64,000 nt of DNA from a virus (taxonomy: Duplodnaviria; Caudoviricetes). Position numbers and translations under genes: made by a program. Of this stretch, positions 1-8,647 are shown piece by piece; the first letter of the stretch is position 1; every line of letters begins with the position of its first letter. Below the pieces are notes generated by a model, which made no database searches, was not told the origin of the DNA, and saw only the letters and a program-made list of their open reading frames with translations. The stretch is from the IMG/VR virus record IMGVR_UViG_3300023213_000432, positions 160,001 to 224,000 of that record; one strand, 5' to 3'.

Positions 1-38
1 TTTCAAGGATAAAATTGAATTTTGTTAGGAAATAATAG

Positions 39-317
39 ATGTTGAATAAAATAAGAAATCGAAAGTCTATTCGCAAACCATGTCCTTGCGGCGGATTATG
101 TGAATGTCATCTGCCTATCCAAGAAAATTGGACGCCATGGCTATTTGCTTTGATACCTTTTGCGGTGCTAATACTTGTATCTTGGTGGGTTAGTACTCTT
201 CCATCAGCGCCACATTATATCGAAGTTAACGGACAAATGTGTCAAATCCAATTCAAACAAACCGGAATTACTAGTACTGGCATGCCAGTAGGACACGATA
301 TAGCGGTGTGTAGATGA
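39..317 (+). CDS. hypothetical membrane protein
   Basis: 92-aa ORF with a Cys cluster followed by one hydrophobic helix (WLFALIPFAVLILVSWWV). Confidence 0.6.
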   Translation: MLNKIRNRKSIRKPCPCGGLCECHLPIQENWTPWLFALIPFAVLILVSWWVSTLPSAPHYIEVNGQMCQIQFKQTGITSTGMPVGHDIAVCR

Positions 318-1073
318 TTAAATGAATTTGCGTCGCTTGAGAAACTTTCTGACCGCACCATGCGTGCAATTAAGTTGGCGAGCAACCTTAACTACACCAA
401 TCTTATTGATCATTTCTAATAGTTCTTTAGGTTCTGGCCAAGAAATTTTCTTTTTAGGTCGCGGATCATATTGAATGTCGGTTAAATGAGACCATGTCCT
501 TCCTTGTAGAATGGCATAAATAGCATTAATTTTCATATCGAAATGATCCGCTATTTCTTGACGTCTCATTCCGCTTTGCGCTAATTTGACAATCTCTAAA
601 ACCTGTTCTTCAGTTAGTTTAGCCATTTTGTGTTTTGATCCGGCATCAAAACTACTCGAAGTGCGTATATTGGTTCCTTTTAACCATGGTATGTGTCCCG
701 CTTTGAATTCTGTTGCTGGAGAAAAATGTTTACCCTTTCTAGCTTTTGAAAGTTTCCTTTTGGTTTCCTCAGTCATGGGCGACTTGTTTCCGCCCGTCCT
801 GATATTATAGCCTTTGATTGGGTTTCTCGTGTCCAATAAACCAATCCAGAATTCTTCAGCAATATCCACTTCTTTCTGAGTTTGCCATGTTTCTATTGGC
901 GTAAAGGAGAAGTTAATGATTTGATATTTTTTGAGAGCCCGACTGACAATCAGAGGTGGATTTTTCATCCGAGCATCGCTTTTGTGGCGTTTCCAGCGAT
1001 TCTTTAAATTTTCGGTTTGTCCAACGTATCGTTTGCCGTTGAGTGTATTTCGGATGACGTAGATATAATGCAT
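318..1073 (-). CDS. GIY-YIG homing endonuclease with NUMOD/HTH DNA-binding repeats
   Basis: N-terminal YIYVIRNTLNGKRYVGQT...RWKRH motif, ETKRKLS (NUMOD3-like) segment and C-terminal HTH modules; free-standing. Confidence 0.9.
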   Translation of the reverse strand: MHYIYVIRNTLNGKRYVGQTENLKNRWKRHKSDARMKNPPLIVSRALKKYQIINFSFTPIETWQTQKEVDIAEEFWIGLLDTRNPIKGYNIRTGGNKSPMTEETKRKLSKARKGKHFSPATEFKAGHIPWLKGTNIRTSSSFDAGSKHKMAKLTEEQVLEIVKLAQSGMRRQEIADHFDMKINAIYAILQGRTWSHLTDIQYDPRPKKKISWPEPKELLEMINKIGVVKVARQLNCTHGAVRKFLKRRKFI

Positions 1074-1110
1074 ATCTACTATATATCATTACACCAATGG
1101 TTTCAACGAA

Positions 1111-2046
1111 TTACAACTGTGTCCAGTTGTTTCCGTCCCATTGCCAAGTATCAGACAACGGATTTGTGAGGTCATTTCCGCCCATTAAGATAACTTTACC
1201 CGATCCATTAGGATCCATACTCAACTGGGCTCCGACGCGACCTGATGGGCTATTGGTTGGGGACTTTTTAGTCCAGTTGGTTCCGTCGAATATCCAAGTT
1301 TCAGGCGGACGAAGACCGAAATTATCTCGACCCCCAAACAAAACGAAGCTTTTATTGACGGTGTCATAGGTCATAGCACATTCTGCGCGAACTGATGGAG
1401 ATGTGGTTGGAGAAAGCTGTGTCCATTGATTGGTAGCATCAATTTTCCAAGTATCATTCAAGAAACTGTTGCTGTTAGATCCCCCAAACATTAAAACATA
1501 GTTTAGCTGTCCGCCACCGGAAATGCCGCCCGCTATCATATGGTTGATGCGAACTGATGGTGATGTAGTTGGAGAAAGTTGTGTCCAAACAGATCCGTTC
1601 CAATTCCAAGTATCATTCAAGAAATTGAGTATATTGCTTCCACCGAACATAATGGTTCCAGTAGCGGGGCTGTATGCCAATTCATGTTTGAAGCGTCCGA
1701 AAGGCGAACCAGAGAAAGCGCCACCCACTCTTGACCAAACGGATCCGTTCCAAGTCCATGTATCCGATAAAACTCCTGCAGTTTCACTTTGTCCCCGACC
1801 TCCAAACAAAACAATGTTAGTGCCGTCAAAAGACATACCGAAATCGAGACGAAGCGGAAGAGGCCCGTTAGGATCGATTTGAGAAGTTGAGACTTGTGTC
1901 CAATCAGTTCCAGACCATGTGTAGGTCATATTCAAATAGTTAGCTTCACCCGGATAATTACCGGTATTCAATAACATAACTATACCGGTTTGACCTTTGT
2001 TGGTCATCGAAGAGTGGCTACATGCTAGTGGGCTATGTGCGGGCAT
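1111..2046 (-). CDS. Kelch-like beta-propeller protein
   Basis: Repeated LFGG...DTW.W.G..WT motifs. Confidence 0.85.
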   Translation of the reverse strand: MPAHSPLACSHSSMTNKGQTGIVMLLNTGNYPGEANYLNMTYTWSGTDWTQVSTSQIDPNGPLPLRLDFGMSFDGTNIVLFGGRGQSETAGVLSDTWTWNGSVWSRVGGAFSGSPFGRFKHELAYSPATGTIMFGGSNILNFLNDTWNWNGSVWTQLSPTTSPSVRINHMIAGGISGGGQLNYVLMFGGSNSNSFLNDTWKIDATNQWTQLSPTTSPSVRAECAMTYDTVNKSFVLFGGRDNFGLRPPETWIFDGTNWTKKSPTNSPSGRVGAQLSMDPNGSGKVILMGGNDLTNPLSDTWQWDGNNWTQL

Positions 2047-2149
2047 TGAGTTTCTCCAAAAAAAGTGGGGACTATCGTAATCCTATACTTAATAATTGAT
2101 AGATTTTAGATAGCTAAAATTAGGGATAAGATGATATTTTACAAAGTGC

Positions 2150-2225
2150 GCGTCAGTAGTTCAATTGGTAGAATATCGCGCTTCCAACGCGAGGGTTGTG
2201 GGATCGTGCCCCACTTGACGCTCCA
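2150..2225 (+). tRNA. tRNA-Gly(TCC)
   Basis: Acceptor GCGTCAG/TTGACGC; anticodon arm TCGCG-CTTCCAA-CGCGA; encoded CCA end. Confidence 0.93.
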
Positions 2226-2230
2226 ATTCA

Positions 2231-2295
2231 GCGAGCATAATTCAGGAGTAGAATCCCGGTGACGGATAACGTTGGTGCAAATCCAACTGCTCGCT
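2231..2295 (+). ncRNA. tRNA-like RNA with truncated anticodon arm (65 nt)
   Basis: Perfect acceptor GCGAGCA/TGCTCGC, D-stem ATTC/GAAT and T-arm GTTGG-TGCAAAT-CCAAC, but only CCG-GTGA-CGG in place of the anticodon arm. Confidence 0.6.
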
Positions 2296-2301
2296 CTAAT
2301 G

Positions 2302-3024
2302 TTACCTTCGATACCACTCGCTTTTGACTTCTGCTTTTTTCTCTGGGCTAACTTTCCATCCAAATATTTGCTGAATATTACCTGATTGACGAACAATCAT
2401 GTATCCGCCCGGTGTCATACTGAATGGAACACTTAGCAATTGCAAGTAATCAAACGGAGCGTCCGTGGCTTGGGCTTGCGGATTAAACCATGTTGGCAAA
2501 ACGAAGTTAGAAACTAATACCAGAGTGCCGTCACCTAAATCAATAGTATAGGAATTTGCTTCCACTGGATCGCACAATTCCAGCGCGTATTCAGTGTAAG
2601 TTTGCCCATCAGCAGCTACCACTCCTGGCCCGTCTGCCCAAAAGTTAACATAATAATCGCCAACCATTTCGCATATTTCGTGGCTCAATACAGACGAAAC
2701 GCTGATGTTTTGTGGGTTAGTAGAATCATAGAGAACAACTCCTCCATTATCTAAAACTGGTTGAGCAAAAATGAAGCCATCTACCACATCATTATCTTCG
2801 GAATGATATCCTAATGCTCCCGCTTGAGTAGTATTGTCTAAGATGCTAACAATCCATGCGCCCGCTGGAATCAAAGTTTGATCTGCGTAAAATGTAATGG
2901 TGCCAGATTGTTGATTCCACGCCGGAAGCACATGCGAAGTAAGTTGAATTTGCACCGCTTGACACATAGAGTTTGCTTGATCATCGGAAATTAAAGTTGA
3001 TTGGTTGATAACAGCGATAAGCAT
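2302..3024 (-). CDS. putative zinc metallopeptidase-like protein
   Basis: GALGYH and SHEICEM (HExxE) motifs followed by ELCDPVE. Confidence 0.55.
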   Translation of the reverse strand: MLIAVINQSTLISDDQANSMCQAVQIQLTSHVLPAWNQQSGTITFYADQTLIPAGAWIVSILDNTTQAGALGYHSEDNDVVDGFIFAQPVLDNGGVVLYDSTNPQNISVSSVLSHEICEMVGDYYVNFWADGPGVVAADGQTYTEYALELCDPVEANSYTIDLGDGTLVLVSNFVLPTWFNPQAQATDAPFDYLQLLSVPFSMTPGGYMIVRQSGNIQQIFGWKVSPEKKAEVKSEWYRR

Positions 3025-3069
3025 ATTTGTCTCCTATTCTCGTTGAATATAAAAAAATATGCGCAGGCT

Positions 3070-3099
3070 CTTGACAATTTTTATATTGAAGGTTAGTTT
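3070..3099 (+). promoter_or_regulatory. sigma70-like promoter upstream of tsf
   Basis: TTGACA-N17-TAGTTT; boundaries approximate. Confidence 0.5.
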
Positions 3100-3102
3100 G
3101 AA

Positions 3103-3993
3103 GTGAGAAAAATCATGAATAATTCCGATCTGATTAGAAAATTAAGATATTTGACAGCTGCGGGGATGAAGGATTGTGCCGATGCTTTAAAAGAAGCAGA
3201 TGATAATCTTCAAAAAGCCATCGATATTCTCAAAATTAAAGGGAAAAATATCGCCTCTGAACGAGAAGATAAGGCGGCGTCTGAAGGAAAAATTAAAGTT
3301 TTATCAAAAGATGATACTTTAATCGTTATGGTAGAATGCAATTGTCAAACTGATTTCACCGCTCGAAGTCCCGAATTTGATGGTTTTGTTACATATGTTG
3401 CTCGGAAATTATTCGAGAGAATTGAAAAGAATGAAGTTTTTACCGTGGAAGATGTGGAAGAAAGACGACAAGAATTAATAATATCTACCAAAGAAAATAT
3501 TGTGGTGCGTCGGTGGTGGACAGAACAAGCCTTTGCCGATAATGCTGGTGTTTTCCGTTATGTTCATAATAATGGAAAAATTGGCGTTCTTTTAACTTTG
3601 TTAGCTCCTTCGGAAACAGTAGAGAATAGCAAAGAATTTGAGCATCTAGGAGATGATTTGGCCATGCAGATAGCGGGCATGAATCCATTGGTGATTTCTC
3701 GTGACCATTTAGAGCCAGCAACCGTGGAACGACAAAAGGATATTTTTGAAAGCCAACTAATGGAGATGAAAAAGCCGCCAGCTGCTTGGGCTAAGATTAT
3801 TGATGGAAAAATGAATAAATGGTATTCTGAAGTCTGTTTGTTGGATCAAGAAAGCGTTGTGACTTCAAAAACCTCAATTCAACAAGTTATAGATAAAGTA
3901 AATAAAGATATTAAAGTTGTTAATTTCATCCGCGCAGTTGTCGGGGAAGAAATTGATCAAAAAGAAAGCAACTTATCAAACGAAGTTGCTTAA
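3103..3993 (+). CDS. tsf: translation elongation factor Ts
   Basis: LRYLTAAGMKDCADAL...KAIDILKIKG, ECNCQTDFTA, YVHNNGKIGV, LAMQIAGMNP and LLDQESV are all EF-Ts hallmarks. Confidence 0.93.
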   Translation: MRKIMNNSDLIRKLRYLTAAGMKDCADALKEADDNLQKAIDILKIKGKNIASEREDKAASEGKIKVLSKDDTLIVMVECNCQTDFTARSPEFDGFVTYVARKLFERIEKNEVFTVEDVEERRQELIISTKENIVVRRWWTEQAFADNAGVFRYVHNNGKIGVLLTLLAPSETVENSKEFEHLGDDLAMQIAGMNPLVISRDHLEPATVERQKDIFESQLMEMKKPPAAWAKIIDGKMNKWYSEVCLLDQESVVTSKTSIQQVIDKVNKDIKVVNFIRAVVGEEIDQKESNLSNEVA

Positions 3994-3998
3994 ACGTT

Positions 3999-4301
3999 AT
4001 GAAAGGAAAAAATAAAATGAATACTGAACAATTAATTAATAAACTTACCAAAGCTATTTCCTTCCAATTTAAGGAAGATAAAACGGCGCCCGGACTTACC
4101 ATTGCAGCTCTTAAAAAGGGATATTATTGTAGTGTGGTGCGCTATAATGGAGCCTTTGCCAAGGATAAGATTGTCTTTTGCCATGCCAAAGGAAAGACCA
4201 TGGATGAGGCGCTCAAAGTGGTAGCCGCCCAATTTTTGAAATCTTCGGTGAAAAAGAATCCTGTTAAAGAATTAAACGATTTGGTCAAGACATCCAAGTA
4301 A
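3999..4301 (+). CDS. hypothetical protein
   Basis: 100-aa ORF collinear with neighbours. Confidence 0.6.
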   Translation: MKGKNKMNTEQLINKLTKAISFQFKEDKTAPGLTIAALKKGYYCSVVRYNGAFAKDKIVFCHAKGKTMDEALKVVAAQFLKSSVKKNPVKELNDLVKTSK

Positions 4302-4317
4302 TCTTATTTTCATAAAA

Positions 4318-4650
4318 ATGTTTAAATTCTTTGAATGGAAATATCTAGGTTATGATCCAAAAACAGATCAGTATCGATCCGAAATCACTATCGTGGATGA
4401 TGATTTTACCGAAACCCTCGTCGCCGCCTCCCCAATCGGCGGCGAAGCCGTTGTTCCACCCGCCACCACCGCCTTAATCGATATTTATTCTCGAAGAAAT
4501 CTCAATGTGGCTGGTAATCTCGTGTTGTTGATGCAAGATATAGAAAGTAAATGGCTAGACATTAAACTACAAATCGAATATTATCAAAAATATATTCCTG
4601 AATATTCAAAATATCACGATCAAGTAATGGGTTATCTAATATTCACATGA
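4318..4650 (+). CDS. dispersed repeat-family protein, copy 1 (DDDF...RRNLNVAGNL...KYHDQV family)
   Basis: Aligns by eye with seven other ORFs in the window; GC-rich variable core at 4408-4473. Confidence 0.85.
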   Translation: MFKFFEWKYLGYDPKTDQYRSEITIVDDDFTETLVAASPIGGEAVVPPATTALIDIYSRRNLNVAGNLVLLMQDIESKWLDIKLQIEYYQKYIPEYSKYHDQVMGYLIFT

Positions 4651-5162
4651 GTCTGCAAGATAAAAAACGCCTCAAGCGGATTAAAAATGACGTCATTGAG
4701 CGAGATGGAATGATTTGTTGCTACTGCGATACTGTATTGACACTCGAAACATTAACACTTGATCATATCGTTCCTGATAGCAAACGAGGAACTTTCAATT
4801 CCACTAATTTGACAGTTTCTTGTAAAACCTGCAATAATAATCGCGGGAACAAGCCATTCTTTGAATATTGTAAAAAATTCAAATTTTCCGAAGATAAAAT
4901 TAATAAGTATAAGCGACTGTATTTTAATAACCTTAAAATCAAAGTATTGAATATTGCTAAGGAAGAATGTTTAAAGAGTGATTGTGCCATTCCTAAAAAA
5001 TTGATTAATAAAGCTTGCCAGATTTTGAAAATCAAACCTATCTCGTTTGCAAATTATGAGAAGGAATACCCATTGAATATTGATTTTTCCACTTCATGTC
5101 GGAGACGGGAAATTAAATTTTGTTTTGAGCAATTAATAAGGATTATAGAAGTGGATACGTAG
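4647..5162 (+). CDS. HNH endonuclease
   Basis: CCYC...TLDHIVPDSKRG...NLTVSCKTCNNNRG. Confidence 0.9.
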   Translation: MSLQDKKRLKRIKNDVIERDGMICCYCDTVLTLETLTLDHIVPDSKRGTFNSTNLTVSCKTCNNNRGNKPFFEYCKKFKFSEDKINKYKRLYFNNLKIKVLNIAKEECLKSDCAIPKKLINKACQILKIKPISFANYEKEYPLNIDFSTSCRRREIKFCFEQLIRIIEVDT

Positions 5163-5170
5163 GAGAGAAA

Positions 5171-5714
5171 ATGGATATTAAACCTTTAAGAGATCATGTT
5201 GTCGTAGTGAACTACCTTTGCCTAAGGGCAAAAGCTTCGCGTTTCATTGACCTAATACTACTAGCGCCTCACCGCGTTTTTGTTTAATGTCCGACTATAT
5301 TCCGTAACCAGACAGGTTTTCATTACGCTATTATGACTTGGTTTTCGTCAATCTTAGCTTAATGTTATATATCACCATATGCGTACTTTTGTTAAAATAT
5401 TTTTGAGAAAACGCATTCATCTCTCGCCTAAAGGCGAGAGTCTTCTGCTATCAATCATGATAAAAGATGCTGCCCCCGATAAAATAGCGGGAGGATTATT
5501 ATATAAGCCCGATATTGTGGAGGAAGAATTTATTACCGGAACTGTGGTGGCTATTGGTTCTGGTAAAATTGCTGCAGACGGTTCTACCGTTCATTTGGAA
5601 ATATCCATTGGTGACAAGATTGTTTTCAATAGACATGCACCAGTTAAATTGAAAATCAAAGATCAAGACTATTTAGTTCTGCGCGAAGATCAGGTATTGT
5701 GCATTTTGCCATGA
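5171..5714 (+). pseudogene. groES: co-chaperonin GroES split by a 253-bp insertion
   Basis: 5171-5206 encodes MDIKPLRDHVVV and 5460-5714 encodes IKDAAPDKIAGGLLYKPD...GTVVAIGSG...GDKIVF...VLREDQVLCIL; joining them gives a 96-aa GroES with canonical spacing. Confidence 0.88.
5207..5459 (-). mobile_element. non-autonomous IS605/TnpB-derived mini-element (left end, internal fragment, right end with reRNA scaffold)
   Basis: Reverse complement matches the left end (cagaagactctcg...gatgaatgcgttttct), an internal tnpB fragment (ttgacgaaaaccaagtcat) and the right end (cggacattaaacaaaaacgcggtgaggcgc...gaaacgcgaagc...TTCAC) of the elements at 31260 and 40545; preceded by TTTAT on the minus strand. Confidence 0.9.
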
Positions 5715-5726
5715 TATAGTTAAGTA

Positions 5727-6677
5727 ATGGAGTTTAGTATGGATTATACATTAGATGTTGTTAGTTCTCATCCTGAGCATCAGGGTAAGACCTTTCGCAA
5801 ATACATAGTAGAGGGTATTGAAACTGTGGGAGTCGCCTATGATGAAAAATTTGAAATTCGTTTTACCAATCATACTTGGCAAAAAGTGCAAGTTAAGATC
5901 ACTTTGGATGGAATCGATGTTTTAACAGGAGAGTTAGCTACTATTGAGCCTACCAAGGATATGTGGGTGGTGCAACCTTATGGAATTTTATCGATTAAAG
6001 CTTGGCCGGAAACAGATCAAGGCGGGGCAGGTTTTGTTTTTACTCATGCCGGTAATAGTGTCGCCGTTCATACTCAAAGCGATTTGACGCATCGAGGAAT
6101 TATTGCAGCTGCGGTTTATGTAGAAGGACATATGGAACCGTTGAAGTTGAACCCTTGGGTACCCTTGGGTACTTCGCCTTATGTGTTGTATACTGGGAAT
6201 AAAATTACTTGGGTTGTTCCTAACACTTGGGTTGTTCCTAACACTTGGACATATTCTAACACTTCGACGTATCCTAACACTTTTACTATTCAAGCGCAAA
6301 ATGCTGCAAGTCTTGCATTTGGTGGTTATGGTGGTGGGGGCAATTGTTCTGCCTCTTTTTCTTGCACTGCGAATGTTCCCAATCCAACTAGCACGCAGGA
6401 TCAACAAAGCTTACCAGCGGTAGGTGCTGGACAATACACTGCGCAACAAATTACTTATTCTGCTGGATTAGTCAAACCAATGTTTTCTCAGATTATTCGA
6501 GTGAGATACCTTTGGTGGTCAGATTTGGCTAACAAGCTGGTTAATCCAACGGCAACCTCATCGCATCCATCAGGATTTCCTTCGGATACCAACGAACGAA
6601 TTAATCTTGGAGCTACTCCTATAATTGGTGAGTCTGATATGGTTACACTTTATTCTCAACCTTTTACTCGTTTTTGA
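5727..6677 (+). CDS. conserved hypothetical protein
   Basis: 316-aa ORF with ITLDGIDVLTG and GIIAAAVYVE motifs and a low-complexity Thr/Ser/Gly central region. Confidence 0.7.
   Translation: MEFSMDYTLDVVSSHPEHQGKTFRKYIVEGIETVGVAYDEKFEIRFTNHTWQKVQVKITLDGIDVLTGELATIEPTKDMWVVQPYGILSIKAWPETDQGGAGFVFTHAGNSVAVHTQSDLTHRGIIAAAVYVEGHMEPLKLNPWVPLGTSPYVLYTGNKITWVVPNTWVVPNTWTYSNTSTYPNTFTIQAQNAASLAFGGYGGGGNCSASFSCTANVPNPTSTQDQQSLPAVGAGQYTAQQITYSAGLVKPMFSQIIRVRYLWWSDLANKLVNPTATSSHPSGFPSDTNERINLGATPIIGESDMVTLYSQPFTRF
6207..6248 (+). repeat. in-frame 18-bp tandem repeat (2.3 copies)
   Basis: acttgggttgttcctaac x2 plus acttgg; encodes TWVVPN TWVVPN TW. Confidence 0.9.
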
Positions 6678-6705
6678 TTAATTATTTAACAAAGGAATTT
6701 TATTT

Positions 6706-6960
6706 ATGAAAAACTCAGCCACCCAAGCCAAGTTTCCATTCGAAGAAGTAGATCATGTTTTCGGAGCCCTTTTCACCGCATTTCATGTAGAAGAAAGAGA
6801 AGACCCGCACTCCCAGTTTCTGGCGCTTTGGGTGCTTTTCTTGCAATGTGCAGGATGGACAGAAGATGAATATTGGGCAGCGGTAGATGAATTGAACGAC
6901 GAAGAAGCATTAGATGACGAAGAGACATTAGAGACAAACGATAAATCAAAACAGAATTAA
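6706..6960 (+). CDS. hypothetical acidic protein
   Basis: 84-aa ORF after AAGGA SD; D/E-rich C-terminus. Confidence 0.6.
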   Translation: MKNSATQAKFPFEEVDHVFGALFTAFHVEEREDPHSQFLALWVLFLQCAGWTEDEYWAAVDELNDEEALDDEETLETNDKSKQN

Positions 6961-6973
6961 ACACAATAGAACG

Positions 6974-7267
6974 ATGCCAATGATGCCAGAAAAGACTATA
7001 GTTTATCTTGTGATAGAAGAAGATCATGATCATATTGATGGTCATTGCCATCATGAAATTATTGGCGGCTTTTTTACTCAGGAAGAGGCGCTGGCGAAAT
7101 GTGCTGAGATGGAGCAAAAACAAAAAGCACGACATGCTTTGACTAATAAATTAAGGCAAGCTAAGAATAGTTTTGATGAAGAAACGAATCGTTTTTTCCT
7201 GTGCCAACTGAAGAGCGAACAGATTGTTATTTCAATTTTGCCACTCAATCTTGTCAATAACCCATGA
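6974..7267 (+). CDS. hypothetical protein; last codons and stop supplied by the IsrB element end
   Basis: ORF ends ...VNNP* within gtcaataacccatga. Confidence 0.6.
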   Translation: MPMMPEKTIVYLVIEEDHDHIDGHCHHEIIGGFFTQEEALAKCAEMEQKQKARHALTNKLRQAKNSFDEETNRFFLCQLKSEQIVISILPLNLVNNP

Positions 7268-7565
7268 CTAAAGTCATGGGCTTGTGCGAAGGATCCTAGT
7301 CAGATTCTTTTGATCAAGACTAAAATATTGTACTAGACAAAGAGAGAAGAAAGGTTATTTAACCAAACAATATTTCAAATAGGCAAATCAGGATCGTTAT
7401 GACGAGACTGGAAAAGATATGCTACTGGATGTTTCGCTAGTCTGTAGCCGCATTTCCGCAAGGAGATGCCAATACCTTATCGATAATTGTAAGGTATTCG
7501 CTGTGTTTTGCTTATGTCGAAGCGAGTTGAACAAGGCACGTAAGTGCAATTTTTGAGGAAATAAT
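7253..7565 (+). ncRNA. omegaRNA (HEARO-like) of IsrB
   Basis: ~310-nt non-coding, hairpin-rich region starting GTCAATAACCC directly upstream of a PLMP-domain ORF, the typical iscB/isrB layout; 3' boundary approximate. Confidence 0.7.
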
Positions 7566-8600
7566 AGAAATTGGTTCCCGTTATCGATAACCACAAACAA
7601 CCATTAATGCCTTGCTCTGAAAAGAGAGCACGGAGACTTATGGAGAAAGGCAGCGCTATCTCATATTGGCAGAAAGGTATCTTCTGTGTCCGTCTAACCA
7701 GAGAACCTTTTAACCGAAAGACACAACCCATTGCTCTTGGCATTGATCCAGGAAGTAAAAGAGAAGGATATACTATTGCTACTAGAAAGGCAGTAGTTCT
7801 CAATATCACAACTAATACTACAGATTGGGTCAAAGATCATATTGATACTCGAAGACAACTACGAAGAACAAGAAGAACTCGTAAAACCCCCTATCGTTCT
7901 TGTCGAGAAAATAGAGCTACTTTGAGGAAAGATCGAGTTCCTCCTTCCACCAAAGCTAGGTGGAATGCTAAATTGCGAATGGTTAAATTTCTTCTGAAAA
8001 TTATTCCTATTACCATTATCAATGTAGAAGATATTGCCGCTGCCACTAAGAAAGGGCAGGCAAAGTGGAATCTTTCTTTCTCTCCTTTAGAAGTGGGAAA
8101 GGTTTGGTTCTATCAAGAAATAGAAAACCTTGGAGTTCAGCTTCTCAAAACCCAAGGACATCAAACTCAAGAAAAACGAGATCAACGAGGCTTTCAAAAA
8201 TCATATTCCAAGCTTAATTATTCTTGGAATGCTCATAACGTAGATAGCCATGTTCTTGCGGAGATAGCGATGGAAACAGAAATCCTTCCATATTATGGAT
8301 TGTGGAAAGTGGAGTTTTTAGAGTTTCATCGAAGACAACTTCATGTTCAGAATCCAATCAAGAATAATGTTAGAAAACAATATGGCACAACTATTTCTAT
8401 AGGAATGTCAAGAGGATCTGTTGTAAGATATAAAAACAAGTTTTATTATCTTGGTGGAAGTAGCAAAGGTAAAGTTTCAATTCATAGTATTATTACAGGA
8501 AAAAGAGTTAAACAATCCGTCAAAAAGAGAGATATTGACGTCTTATATACACAGAATAGGAGAGTTCAATTCCTCCCACGATTAAAATCGTGGGTCTTCT
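7253..8600 (+). mobile_element. IS200/IS605-superfamily IsrB element without tnpA
   Basis: Matching terminal hairpins cccatgact-aa-agtcatggg (7261-7280) and cccacgatt-aa-aatcgtggg (8575-8594) bracket the omegaRNA region and the RRXRR ORF; boundaries approximate. Confidence 0.8.
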
Positions 8601-8647
8601 TGAACCATTTTCATGATTTGAAAAATAAGGATCATATGTATGTCTAA
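7571..8647 (+). CDS. isrB: IsrB (RRXRR/PLMP, split RuvC, no HNH) RNA-guided nickase
   Basis: QPLMPC, RuvC-I GIDPGSK, Arg-rich bridge helix RRQLRRTRR, RuvC-II VEDIAA, RuvC-III HNVDS; no CxxC/HNH insert between RuvC-II and RuvC-III. Confidence 0.82.
   Translation: MVPVIDNHKQPLMPCSEKRARRLMEKGSAISYWQKGIFCVRLTREPFNRKTQPIALGIDPGSKREGYTIATRKAVVLNITTNTTDWVKDHIDTRRQLRRTRRTRKTPYRSCRENRATLRKDRVPPSTKARWNAKLRMVKFLLKIIPITIINVEDIAAATKKGQAKWNLSFSPLEVGKVWFYQEIENLGVQLLKTQGHQTQEKRDQRGFQKSYSKLNYSWNAHNVDSHVLAEIAMETEILPYYGLWKVEFLEFHRRQLHVQNPIKNNVRKQYGTTISIGMSRGSVVRYKNKFYYLGGSSKGKVSIHSIITGKRVKQSVKKRDIDVLYTQNRRVQFLPRLKSWVFLNHFHDLKNKDHMYV

Noticed and set aside
5379-5714. ORF-track start MRTFVKIF... as the true GroES N-terminus
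   Set aside because: The first 27 codons lie inside the mini-element. The real GroES N-terminus is at 5171-5206.
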